From the IMG/VR virus record IMGVR_UViG_3300049143_000045, positions 2,798 to 66,797 of that record: DNA of 64,000 nt. One strand, 5' to 3'. Positions 29,028 through 37,268 of the stretch are shown in pieces (positions within the stretch are counted from its first letter, which is position 1; each line of letters begins with the position of its first letter). The stretch comes from a virus (lineage: Duplodnaviria > Caudoviricetes). Position numbers and translations under genes: made by a program. The notes beneath the pieces were generated by a model. That model had not been told where the DNA came from and searched no databases. It saw nothing but the letters and a program-made list of their open reading frames with translations.

Positions 29028-29028
29028 C

Positions 29029-29083
29029 TTGGCCGCCCGCGCGGGCATGGATGCGCGCCCTAAAGGGAGCGCGGGCGGCCAAC
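29029..29083. other. Long inverted repeat between tail and lysis modules
   Basis: TTGGCCGCCCGCGC ... GCGCGGGCGGCCAA, 14-bp perfect stem. Confidence 0.5.
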
Positions 29084-29105
29084 CTCCACCACGGCGAGGA
29101 GCGAT

Positions 29106-29426
29106 GTGACAGATGCGCCTTCTCCAGGCGAGCTCAGTCGCCGGATCGATCAGGTGAACATGACGCTGACGCACCTGGTTCAACGCACCGAATACACCGC
29201 AGACCGGCGCTTCGACGACCGACGCTTCAACGAGGTCGAGTCGGACGTCGCCGAGCTGCGCCGCCAAATTGCTGACGAGATCAAAGCGCTCCGGGTGAGC
29301 CTCGACGCGGCGTCCGAGAAGCGCGGCACCAACGTGCGGCAGGCCGTCTACGCCGGCCTCATCCCCGCGGTGCTGCTGCTGTTGAGCATCGTGGTGCAAA
29401 TCTGGCTGGCCCGGCAGGGGGCGTGA
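29106..29426 (+). CDS. Membrane protein, lysis region
   Basis: Coiled coil plus C-terminal TM helix. Confidence 0.65.
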   Translation: MTDAPSPGELSRRIDQVNMTLTHLVQRTEYTADRRFDDRRFNEVESDVAELRRQIADEIKALRVSLDAASEKRGTNVRQAVYAGLIPAVLLLLSIVVQIWLARQGA

Positions 29427-30016
29427 TGGGCGAACACGTGCGCAGGGTGCGCCACAACTGGCCGGTCATCGTTATCGCCGCTCTGGTGGCTGTGCTCGGG
29501 TTGTGGGCGTCGGTCCAGATCGGCGCGTTGGGTGATCAGCTGCGTAAGGCGGAGGAAGACAGTCTCACCCTGTCGGATCAGGTGGAGCGTCTGGGTGGTA
29601 CGCCGTTGGTGTCGGTGTCGCCTGGCCCTCCGGGGATGCCGGGGGAGCGCGGCGGTGTGGGCCCTTCGGGTCCGCCTGGCCCTGCCGGGGCTCGGGGTGT
29701 GCCTGGCCCTTCTGGGAGTCCTGGCCCGCGCGGTCCGGCGGGCGTGCCGGGGCCGGTTGGTCCGAGTGGCCCGCCTGGCGCGGTCGGCCCTTCCGGCGCT
29801 CCGGGCAAGGACGGCGCCGACGGCAAGGACGGAGCAGCCGGAGAACCAGGCCCTCGCGGCGAGCAGGGCGAACGCGGTCCCGCCGGCGAGCAAGGGCCCC
29901 GCGGTGAGACAGGCCCGCCGCCTGCTGGCTGGACGTTCACGGTGCTCGGCGTCACCTACCAGTGCGCCCCTGACGAGCCCGGATCCACCACCTACACCTG
30001 CAAGCCGGGAGGCTGA
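29423..30016 (+). CDS. Collagen-like membrane protein
   Basis: N-terminal TM helix, coiled coil, 33 consecutive Gly-X-Y triplets. Confidence 0.8.
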   Translation: MMGEHVRRVRHNWPVIVIAALVAVLGLWASVQIGALGDQLRKAEEDSLTLSDQVERLGGTPLVSVSPGPPGMPGERGGVGPSGPPGPAGARGVPGPSGSPGPRGPAGVPGPVGPSGPPGAVGPSGAPGKDGADGKDGAAGEPGPRGEQGERGPAGEQGPRGETGPPPAGWTFTVLGVTYQCAPDEPGSTTYTCKPGG

Positions 30017-30017
30017 C

Positions 30018-30824
30018 ATGCAGCTCGTGAAGCGGTCCGCGTTCGGGTGGGGTGCCAGCGGCGCATCGTACGCCCGCCCGACCCGAGGCCTGGTCATCCA
30101 CTACGACGGCTCCAACCAGGGGCTCGTGGGCAAGCCACACAGTGCCTGCATCGAGTACTGGAAGAACACCCGCAAGTTCCACACGGGCCCCCACCGCGGG
30201 TGGGCGGACATCGGCTACAGCTTTGGGGCGTGTGCCCACGGCGAGGTGTTTGAGGGGCGCGGCCTCAACCGGCTGCAGGCAGCGCAGCCGGGCGGCAACG
30301 ACTCTTGGTATTCGGTGACGCTCATGTCGGGGCCGAACGAGGACCCCACACCCGCCCAGATCAACGCGGTGCGTGAGCTGCGCGCCTGGCTGATGTCCCA
30401 GGGTGTCGGCTCGCTGGTGAAGGGCCACCGCGACTTCTACAGCACGAGCTGCCCTGGCGACCGCCTGTACCGGCTGGTCAAGGACGGCACGTTCAGCAAG
30501 CTGCCGAGCGCAGCCGACAGAGAGGACGACGACGTGAGCGCCAAGGAACTGTGGCAGCACGAGCTGGCGGTGCCGTTCGGCAACAAGGAGAACCCGTCCT
30601 GGCAGGTGGGAAACGTCGTGGTGAACACGGCCAAGTGGGTGCACGAGATGCGCTCCACCCTGTCGGCACTCAGCGGCAAACTGGATGCCCAGTCGGTCGC
30701 GATTCGGGAGCTGGCGGGGGCGCTCGCCTCGCGCGACACGGAGATCGACGTGACTGCGCTGGTGGACCGGATCGAGTCGGCGATCGAGGGCATCAAGGTG
30801 CGGGTCGAGGTCGGCGACGAGTGA
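30018..30824 (+). CDS. Endolysin, N-acetylmuramoyl-L-alanine amidase (PGRP-like)
   Basis: LVIHY, GWADIGYSF, FEGRG, GHRDFYSTSCPG. Confidence 0.92.
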   Translation: MQLVKRSAFGWGASGASYARPTRGLVIHYDGSNQGLVGKPHSACIEYWKNTRKFHTGPHRGWADIGYSFGACAHGEVFEGRGLNRLQAAQPGGNDSWYSVTLMSGPNEDPTPAQINAVRELRAWLMSQGVGSLVKGHRDFYSTSCPGDRLYRLVKDGTFSKLPSAADREDDDVSAKELWQHELAVPFGNKENPSWQVGNVVVNTAKWVHEMRSTLSALSGKLDAQSVAIRELAGALASRDTEIDVTALVDRIESAIEGIKVRVEVGDE

Positions 30825-30958
30825 GCGACGGCATCTGGCGGCGGTACTGGCCGTACCAGGAGCGTCTACCGCGGCATCCGTGGCCGATCGACGAGTGGGT
30901 CGAGCCCACACACGAGCTTCCCGGCCGGGTCCCTGGCTGGGTCGACGAGAGCAACTGA
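30821..30958 (+). CDS. Small Trp/Pro-rich peptide (45 aa)
   Basis: GTG overlaps endolysin stop. Confidence 0.4.
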   Translation: MSDGIWRRYWPYQERLPRHPWPIDEWVEPTHELPGRVPGWVDESN

Positions 30959-31036
30959 CGAGCCCTGAGCGGCTCCTGGGCGGTCCCGATGGGCCGCCCT
31001 TTCGTATGTCCCCATCCTCGAGGAGTCACCCTCACC

Positions 31037-31528
31037 ATGCACATCAACAAGAGCGTCACCCTGCTCGCCGCCGCCCTCATCGCGGTGGGCGTCGCCGGTA
31101 TCGCCTCCGCCGCGGCGGACCCGGCGCTGTCGGTCACCCGCGTCAACTACAACGCCGTCGGCGCCGACACCCTCGCCAACAGGTGGCAGGAGGCCATCTA
31201 CCTGCGGAACACGTCCGGCGCGGAGCTGGACATCTCCGGCTGGAAGGTCCACGACTCGTACGCGAACGCGGACGGCGGGCACACCAACTCCTACACGTTC
31301 CCGGCCGGCACCGTCGTGAAGGCGGGCAGCCACGTCGTCGTCTCCTCGGCGGCGGGCGTCAACCGGACCGACCCGAACGCCACCCAGCTGTACTACATGG
31401 ACTTCAAGCGGGGCCTGGCGGGTCACTGGCTGAACAACGGCGGCGACACCGTCTACGTGGAGAAGGCCAACGGAGACCAGGTCACCCGGTTCGTCTACGA
31501 CTTCGACAACGGTTACTACGTCCGCTAG
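31037..31528 (+). CDS. Secreted lamin-tail-domain (LTD) protein
   Basis: Signal peptide; EAIYLRN...LDISGWKVHD...WLNNGGDTV. Confidence 0.85.
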   Translation: MHINKSVTLLAAALIAVGVAGIASAAADPALSVTRVNYNAVGADTLANRWQEAIYLRNTSGAELDISGWKVHDSYANADGGHTNSYTFPAGTVVKAGSHVVVSSAAGVNRTDPNATQLYYMDFKRGLAGHWLNNGGDTVYVEKANGDQVTRFVYDFDNGYYVR

Positions 31529-31536
31529 GAGCGGCT

Positions 31537-31947
31537 ATGAAAATCTTCGGAAGGGAACCGGTCATCTGGCTGGGCGCCATCTCGGCGGTCCTCGCTGTCC
31601 TCGTCACGATCCCTGAGGTGGGTCTGTCAGCCGTCGCCGCGGGCTGGATCATGACGATCGTCTCTGGCGCGTTCGCCGTCGCCGAGGCCATCATGACCAG
31701 GCCGTTCGTGGTAAGCGCGCTGACCGGCGGCGTCCGGACGGTTCTGACCGGCTTCATGTTCTTCGGCCTGCCGATCTCGGAGGAGACGGCGGGTATGGCT
31801 GTCGGCGCGATGAACGCCGTCCTCATGCTCGTGCTGGCCAACAGCGTCACCCCCGCTGCCGACCCGGCGCCTGGGTTCCTCAGGGATCACGGTGCGGCGC
31901 GGCCGGGTCATGGCGTGCACGCGGGCACGGATCTGGGCAAGCTGTAG
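31537..31947 (+). CDS. Holin
   Basis: MKIFGREPVIW start and several TM helices; typical of actinophage holins. Confidence 0.75.
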   Translation: MKIFGREPVIWLGAISAVLAVLVTIPEVGLSAVAAGWIMTIVSGAFAVAEAIMTRPFVVSALTGGVRTVLTGFMFFGLPISEETAGMAVGAMNAVLMLVLANSVTPAADPAPGFLRDHGAARPGHGVHAGTDLGKL

Positions 31948-32000
31948 CCGCCCGCCGTACGATCGTGGCGACCACCCTATGGTGCCGTCGCCTCGAACGG

Positions 32001-32036
32001 GAAGCCCCGCTCACCCTCAGGGGTGGGCGGGGCTTC
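32001..32036. terminator. Terminator between convergent lysis and accessory genes
   Basis: GAAGCCCCGCTCACCC-TCAG-GGGTGGGCGGGGCTTC. Confidence 0.75.
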
Positions 32037-32049
32037 CTCGTGTGTGCGG

Positions 32050-32499
32050 CTACTGCTCCTCGGAGTCGGCGATGGCGCGTACCCGGCGCGTGTACTCCTC
32101 CTTCAGCGCGACGGCACCAGGAGGGCTGCTGCGATCGAGCAGGCCGAAGCTGACAGGCTTGCCCTCCTGGCGCGGCTCGACCGGGCGGTCGAAATCCAGC
32201 CTGAAGAGGTAGGCGATGGCCTCGCTCCACCCTGCCAGCACAGGGAAGCGCTTGTGGAACTCCTCCGCCACCGCCTCGTCGCCGTAGTTGTAACCGAGGT
32301 GCATCTTGGCCAGCTCGCTCGTGGACATGTCCTGGATGCTCATGCTGCGCTCCTGGGGGATGAGGTTGATGGGGGCGATAGCGGCGACTCGGCGGCCGTG
32401 CCGGGTGATGTAGGTGACCTCTCCTGCGTACTCCGCACGGTTGACCAGGTCACCGAACTTGGCGCGTCCTTCGCGGAGGCCAATCTCGTTCTCGCTCAC
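32050..32499 (-). CDS. Phd/YefM-family antitoxin domain fused to a ~97-aa C-terminal domain
   Basis: IGLREGRAKFGDLVNRAEYAGEVTYITRHGRRVAAIAP. Confidence 0.75.
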   Translation of the reverse strand: MSENEIGLREGRAKFGDLVNRAEYAGEVTYITRHGRRVAAIAPINLIPQERSMSIQDMSTSELAKMHLGYNYGDEAVAEEFHKRFPVLAGWSEAIAYLFRLDFDRPVEPRQEGKPVSFGLLDRSSPPGAVALKEEYTRRVRAIADSEEQ

Positions 32500-32521
32500 A
32501 TCTAGAGGGTACGCAGTTGGC

Positions 32522-32535
32522 ATTGTGTACACAAT
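32522..32535. promoter_or_regulatory. Palindromic operator candidate for the Phd/YefM protein
   Basis: ATTGTGTACACAAT, perfect 14-bp palindrome with TGTACA core, 23 bp upstream of the start. Confidence 0.6.
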
Positions 32536-32625
32536 AGGTTTGGCCTTGTTTGTCGCGAGGACGCTGAGAGCCCTGCGCGCCCGCTCTCGCGAGGGGGTGG
32601 GCAGGGCTCTCTCGTGTGCTGGGGG

Positions 32626-33069
32626 TCAGCAGTTCTTGTAGTCGTACCTGGTGGAGTTGTACGAGCAGGAGTCGATCAGCTTGCCGCTGGCGTTCCGCAC
32701 GTACGCGGTGTCGCGGTCGTTGTTCCACACGTAGGCGCGGCGCCCCCAGTAGACGGTGGTGGTGCCGTCGCTGCCCTGCCCGGACCGGATGGTCAGCTTC
32801 TTCTTCGCGCCGAGGATGACGCCGCTGATCTCATAGGTGTAGCCGGTCTTGTCTTTGACCGTCCACCCCTCGAGGTCGATCGGGCGGGTGGTGGCGTTGT
32901 AGATGGTGACGTACTCGCCGTTGAGCGACGTGTTGGAGCGGCGGTCGCTGCCGGGCGAGTCGTAGAACACCTTCGTGATCTGTACGGCTGGGGCCGCGTG
33001 GGCGGGCAGCGTGGGGGCGAGTACAGCGGCCGCGGCGAGCGCAGCAGCGGCGAGCGGTAGAGGTCGCAC
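32626..33069 (-). CDS. Second secreted lamin-tail-domain protein
   Basis: Signal peptide ending AHA; NGEYVTIYN...IDLEGWTVKD...VWNNDRDTA. Confidence 0.85.
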   Translation of the reverse strand: MRPLPLAAAALAAAAVLAPTLPAHAAPAVQITKVFYDSPGSDRRSNTSLNGEYVTIYNATTRPIDLEGWTVKDKTGYTYEISGVILGAKKKLTIRSGQGSDGTTTVYWGRRAYVWNNDRDTAYVRNASGKLIDSCSYNSTRYDYKNC

Positions 33070-33278
33070 CGTCGAGTCCTCTGAGGGTGGGGGATAGGAA
33101 CGCTCCATGTGACGCCTGAATGTCACGGATGGTTGGCGGTGAACCACGTTCTGTTGGGGCTCCTCGTGGCACGCTCGGGATGCCGGGTCTTTGCCGTTCG
33201 CGGCGTTGAGGCGGGTTTCGCCCCGATCTGCGGCGGTCCTAGGATCGGCGCAGAACCGCGCACCACCTGGGGGAAACG

Positions 33279-33554
33279 ATGGCTGACCTCGACCTGCCGA
33301 CCGACGTGATCGAAGCTCAACGCGCCTACGACGCCGCCGACGCGCGGGTGCAGGAGCTGTCCGCGGCTCTGCCGTCGTCGGTGGCTGTGCTGGCGGGCGA
33401 GGCGACGTGGGACGAAAAGGCGGTGGCTGATCTGTTGGAGGCTCGAGCGGAGCGGCTGCGCATGCTTGAGGTGCTGCGGGACCTGCCGTGGTGGGAGACC
33501 GTCCCCAGCAAGCTGGACGCCGAACGGCAGCTGCGGGTCGCCGCCCGCGCCTGA
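33279..33554 (+). CDS. Hypothetical protein
   Basis: 91 aa, followed by terminator. Confidence 0.6.
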   Translation: MADLDLPTDVIEAQRAYDAADARVQELSAALPSSVAVLAGEATWDEKAVADLLEARAERLRMLEVLRDLPWWETVPSKLDAERQLRVAARA

Positions 33555-33563
33555 ACAACGTTA

Positions 33564-33598
33564 AGCGCCCTCGCCCCCCACGGGCGAGGGCGCTCTTT
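33564..33598. terminator. Intrinsic terminator
   Basis: AGCGCCCTCGCCC-CCCA-CGGGCGAGGGCGCT-CTTT. Confidence 0.75.
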
Positions 33599-33607
33599 CG
33601 CGTCCGG

Positions 33608-33859
33608 TCAGCCCTCCGGCCACGACTCCTTCGGTGCCACGAACGTCCCGCGGCCTTGCACGGTGACCGTCCACCCCTGCTCGCCCAGGAAAGCGACCGC
33701 CCGCCGTACCGTGCCGCGCGACACCCCATGCTCCTGCTGCAGGTGCGCCTCCGACGGCAGCACCTGTCTGGGTTGCAGGTCGCCGGCCTTGATGCGGTCG
33801 CGCAGGATCGCGGCGAGCTGCTCCCACAGCGGGGTCGGGTCGAGCTGGTCAACAGTCAC
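33608..33859 (-). CDS. Small GntR winged-helix-only regulator
   Basis: WEQLAAILRDRI...LPSEAHLQQEHGVSRGTVRRA...GRGTFV. Confidence 0.9.
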   Translation of the reverse strand: MTVDQLDPTPLWEQLAAILRDRIKAGDLQPRQVLPSEAHLQQEHGVSRGTVRRAVAFLGEQGWTVTVQGRGTFVAPKESWPEG

Positions 33860-33953
33860 GTACACAACGTTACGGACGACCATTCTGACCTGCTCAGACG
33901 GTCCGTATTGCACGGGCTGTACGAGTTGAACGAGTAGGACGTACTGTGCCGCC

Positions 33954-34211
33954 ATGTACTACCAGGACCCCGGCGACCCGGCCCTACTCAAAAACGCCCG
34001 CCTCAACGGCAGTGGCGACCACAAATGCGACGACTGCGGCCACACCGTCGTGCGCGCCTTCAGCATCCTGGGCGGATGGATGTGGCTGTCGCTCGCCGCG
34101 CAAGGCTCTGTGCCGGCCGCTCAATGCCCGGCCCGCGAGGGCGCGCTGGGCTTCGACTACGGCGCCCACCGGGTTCCGGCGAAGCTTGACGGCGAGGCGT
34201 CATCGGCCTGA
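33954..34211 (+). CDS. Hypothetical protein
   Basis: Divergent from GntR; CDDC motif. Confidence 0.5.
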   Translation: MYYQDPGDPALLKNARLNGSGDHKCDDCGHTVVRAFSILGGWMWLSLAAQGSVPAAQCPAREGALGFDYGAHRVPAKLDGEASSA

Positions 34212-34436
34212 CTGGCTCATCTGGCGTTTCGCTCTGACCGCCGCCAGCTCGACCACCTCAACCAGCTCGGCGAGGTCGACGTGCACGCTGACCTCGGCGG
34301 GGCTCCAGCAGTCGGCGACCCAGTAGAGGCGGCCGTTGACGCGGTGGGACACGCGGAGGCAGGGCCGTCCCTCGCGGATGATGTGCTCCACCTCGATCCC
34401 GTTCGGGGAGAGCCAGCGTGTCACGTCCGCGAGCAT
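34200..34436 (-). CDS. Hypothetical protein
   Basis: 78-aa ORF. Confidence 0.5.
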   Translation of the reverse strand: MLADVTRWLSPNGIEVEHIIREGRPCLRVSHRVNGRLYWVADCWSPAEVSVHVDLAELVEVVELAAVRAKRQMSQSGR

Positions 34437-34475
34437 ACGCCGAAACGGACATACGGGGCGTATCGTGGACAGCAG

Positions 34476-34509
34476 AACGCCCCGGCCAGGGGAAGCGGCC
34501 GGGGCGTTT
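34476..34509. terminator. Terminator ending the leftward small-gene operon
   Basis: AACGCCCCGGCC...GGCCGGGGCGTT. Confidence 0.7.
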
Positions 34510-34517
34510 GTCGTGCG

Positions 34518-34697
34518 CTACAGCTCGTCGGGGCTGACCTTCCGGTACGTCACCTTGACGCCCGCCTCCTTGGCGGCCTTCAGACGTCGGCGCAGGTCGG
34601 CTTCGCCGTACACGTAGATCGGACCGCCCATGATCTGCTCGGTGAGCGTCTCCTTGCCAGTCGGCTGGACGCTGAAGATGTACGTCGGCTTCGGCAT
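34518..34697 (-). CDS. Small hypothetical protein (59 aa, not in ORF track)
   Basis: GGGAG RBS; MPKPTYIFSVQPTG...KVSPDEL. Confidence 0.6.
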   Translation of the reverse strand: MPKPTYIFSVQPTGKETLTEQIMGGPIYVYGEADLRRRLKAAKEAGVKVTYRKVSPDEL

Positions 34698-34701
34698 CGG
34701 T

Positions 34702-34866
34702 TCACTCCCATGTGGTGAGGAGCTTCTTCAGCTCCTCGCGGGTGACATCGCCGTCAAGGTCTCGGGCGCGGCGGAGCAGCTTGTCGGACACGGCTGGCCA
34801 CGACTCGCGGTGGGCGGCCTGGCTCAGTTGCTGCCTTGCGATGTTGAGCGGCACCTTGGCTGCCAT
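34702..34866 (-). CDS. Small hypothetical protein (54 aa, not in ORF track)
   Basis: GAGGAG RBS; MAAKVPLNIARQQL...LLTTWE. Confidence 0.55.
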   Translation of the reverse strand: MAAKVPLNIARQQLSQAAHRESWPAVSDKLLRRARDLDGDVTREELKKLLTTWE

Positions 34867-34941
34867 CTCGCTCCTCGTTGGTGATCGGTGTGGCTGTAGG
34901 TTGTGCGGGTGGGTCCGGGGTCGATACCAGCGACCCCGGGC

Positions 34942-35100
34942 TCACCCGAGGATGCGGATCCGGTCCAGCCAGAGGGCGACCATGCCGCCGAAGCCGCCGA
35001 TGAGCACCACCAGCGGGTTGATCGGGGCTCCTTGCGCCAGGTAGCCGACTACGGCGAGCGTGGCGAAAGCGATGAACATGCTCGGGTAGGTGAGACGCAT
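34942..35100 (-). CDS. Small membrane peptide (52 aa, not in ORF track)
   Basis: AGGAGG RBS; MRLTYPSMFIAFATLAVVGYLAQGAPINPLVVLIGGFGGMVALWLDRIRILG. Confidence 0.6.
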   Translation of the reverse strand: MRLTYPSMFIAFATLAVVGYLAQGAPINPLVVLIGGFGGMVALWLDRIRILG

Positions 35101-35133
35101 CTGTCTGTCCTCCTAGAGATCGTTGCGAGCAGG

Positions 35134-35349
35134 TCAGCTGAGACCCTGTGCGCGCCGCGACGCGTCCTTCTTGAGTCGCTTCGCCTTCCTGGCGCCGACC
35201 GCCTGCTCCAATGCGGCGGCGGCCCTTTCTCGATCGACGCGGCTAACGCCGAACCCAGAGGCGACGTTCGCCAGGTTGTTGAGCTCGTTCGCGTTCGCCG
35301 ACTTGGCCCTGAGGGCGGCGAGCTGCTCGGGGGTCATCCTGCTGCGCAT
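35134..35349 (-). CDS. Small basic protein (71 aa)
   Basis: GAAGGAG RBS downstream of a leader repeat copy. Confidence 0.6.
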   Translation of the reverse strand: MRSRMTPEQLAALRAKSANANELNNLANVASGFGVSRVDRERAAAALEQAVGARKAKRLKKDASRRAQGLS

Positions 35350-35432
35350 GCTGTGCTCCTTCGGGGGATTGGTGGAGCTGCTGCTCCGGACGCCCGCCCG
35401 GCCGGGGAAGAACCGGGCGGGCATCCGCAACA

Positions 35433-35855
35433 TCAGCTGCCTGCCGCCGCGTCGACGGCGTCCCAATACGCGTCGTCGCAATACCAGACGACCGCCAGAC
35501 GCCCGCCGTGATCTTCGGCGACGTGCTGCTCAGCGGCGGACCGCGCGGCGTGATCGGTGACGTAGTTGCTGCCGGTCCACCGACAGCCGCCGCACCGCCA
35601 CGCGTAGTCGAAGCGGTGCGGGTTGGCCCACACGTCGATCCCGTGGCCCCACACGACGACCCCCAACGGGGTCGCGACGGTGGCGGCGAGCTGCTTGACG
35701 AGCACCTCCACGGCCTCCCGCTTGCCTTGTGTGGCGGCGTCGAAGTGGCTGCGGGCGCCTGGCAGGTCCTGGGCATCGAGCCGGTCGAGGATGGCATCCA
35801 CTGCCTGGTCGAGGGCGGCGGCGGCGACAGTCTTGATGAGCTCGCTCTTGTTCAT
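35433..35855 (-). CDS. Chimeric protein: HU-like first helix plus Zn-finger C-terminus
   Basis: Starts MNKSELIKTVA (HU: MNKSELIDTVA); WRCGGC...AEQHVAEDH. Confidence 0.7.
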   Translation of the reverse strand: MNKSELIKTVAAAALDQAVDAILDRLDAQDLPGARSHFDAATQGKREAVEVLVKQLAATVATPLGVVVWGHGIDVWANPHRFDYAWRCGGCRWTGSNYVTDHAARSAAEQHVAEDHGGRLAVVWYCDDAYWDAVDAAAGS

Positions 35856-35907
35856 GTGCTTCTCCTTTGATGGATGGGGTGGAGCAGGCGCTCCGGGCAC
35901 CCGCACG

Positions 35908-36120
35908 TCAGCGCTCCCAGTCCACGAGCGACGTATCGCAGTCGTCGCAGAGGTCCGCGCGGCCTCGTGTGCTGCCGGCCAGGAACGCGGCCACGATCGC
36001 AACGCCATACAGGGCGTCAGCGCCGAGGAGTATCCCGAGGGAGAAGGCGGTGAGGGCAAGCACGGTGACGGCCGTGCACTGCAGGGTGAAGCCGAGTCGA
36101 GCGGCGGCGGTCCGGATCAT
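35908..36120 (-). CDS. Small membrane protein with CxxC
   Basis: GAAAGGA RBS; two hydrophobic segments, CDDC. Confidence 0.6.
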   Translation of the reverse strand: MIRTAAARLGFTLQCTAVTVLALTAFSLGILLGADALYGVAIVAAFLAGSTRGRADLCDDCDTSLVDWER

Positions 36121-36180
36121 GATGGTTGTCCTTTCGAGGGGGTGGGGTGCCCGCCCAGTGTCGGGCGGGCACGAGGGACG

Positions 36181-36459
36181 TCAGGCGGCGCTGTTGACGG
36201 CCTGCTTGAACCCGGCGCCCGCCTTGAACGACGGGACATGCTTCGCCGCGACCTGGACGGTGCCGCCCTGCGGGTTGCGCCGCTCGCCGCCCTCACGGAA
36301 CCGACGCTCGAACACGCCGAACCCCTTAACCTCCATCCGATCGCCGGCGGCGACCGCGGCCTGAACCGTGTCGAGGGTGGCGTTGACGATCGCCGCCACG
36401 GCTGCCTTGGTCTGGCCGGTCTGCTTGGCGACGGTGTCGATCAGCTCGGACTTGTTCAT
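36181..36459 (-). CDS. hup: HU-family DNA-binding protein
   Basis: MNKSELIDTVA...GFGVFERR...RRNPQ...VPSFKAGAGFKQAV. Confidence 0.92.
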   Translation of the reverse strand: MNKSELIDTVAKQTGQTKAAVAAIVNATLDTVQAAVAAGDRMEVKGFGVFERRFREGGERRNPQGGTVQVAAKHVPSFKAGAGFKQAVNSAA

Positions 36460-36550
36460 GGGACTTCCTTTCGATGGATGGGTGGAGCGGACGCTCCGGG
36501 CCGCAGCCCCGGCAGGGGAAGTGTCGGGGCCGCACCCGCAACGGCCACCT

Positions 36551-36775
36551 TCAGCTGTGCGCCTTGGCGCAAGGGGCGCACATCGCGTCCCCGTGCCGCC
36601 TTGTTGTGGCCGGTCGGTCAGCGCACACCTCGCACGCCTTGGCGCACTTGGTGCAGTGGCCTGTGGAGGTGGTGGCGTAGTTGCCGCACCCACACAGCGG
36701 TTTGCCGTTGTAGGTGCCGGTACGGGCCATCTCGTGGGCTTCGGCCTCGGTGCGGGGGATCGGGCGTGTGGGCAT
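36551..36775 (-). CDS. Cys-rich Zn-finger peptide (74 aa)
   Basis: GGAGG RBS; CGCG, CTKC, CEVC, CAPC. Confidence 0.65.
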   Translation of the reverse strand: MPTRPIPRTEAEAHEMARTGTYNGKPLCGCGNYATTSTGHCTKCAKACEVCADRPATTRRHGDAMCAPCAKAHS

Positions 36776-36858
36776 TGGATGCCTCCTGGGTTGTGGTGGA
36801 GCGGACGCTCCGGGCCGCAGCCCCGGCTGCAACGTCGGGGCTGCGCCCGCAACAGCCG

Positions 36859-36996
36859 CTACTTCAGGAGCACACTGCCGGCCCCTTTGCACGCGGCGCA
36901 CTGCCTCTGGCCGAAGGAGCCGGGGGCGATGCCAGAGCCCTTGCATGTGCCGCACTTGACGACGTGGCCTGCACACTCCTGCTGCTTGTCACACAT
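36859..36996 (-). CDS. DnaJ-type Zn-finger peptide (45 aa)
   Basis: CGTCKGSG...CAACKGAG. Confidence 0.65.
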   Translation of the reverse strand: MCDKQQECAGHVVKCGTCKGSGIAPGSFGQRQCAACKGAGSVLLK

Positions 36997-37091
36997 CTGA
37001 ATCTCCCTGTACTGGATCGGATCAGGAGCTGGCTGCTCCGGGCACTCGCCCGACCGGGCCGGGCGGGCACCCGCAACCACCGCTCGATGTG

Positions 37092-37268
37092 TCACGGGAT
37101 TTCGCAGCAGGTGAGCGCGTGATTGTTGGCCACGTCCCGCTCCACTGGCCTGCTGGTGTGCCGGCAGCCGGAGCAGGTGTAGGGCCCCTCCTGCAGCACG
37201 CCTCTGTCGCGCGTGTGCGTCCAGGTGACGATTTCGCCGGCTCGCGTCCGGAACGTGCGCACCTTCAT
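37092..37268 (-). CDS. Zn-finger peptide resembling small AICE transfer-region proteins (58 aa)
   Basis: GAAGGAG RBS; YTCSGC...ANNHALTCCEIP. Confidence 0.6.
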   Translation of the reverse strand: MKVRTFRTRAGEIVTWTHTRDRGVLQEGPYTCSGCRHTSRPVERDVANNHALTCCEIP

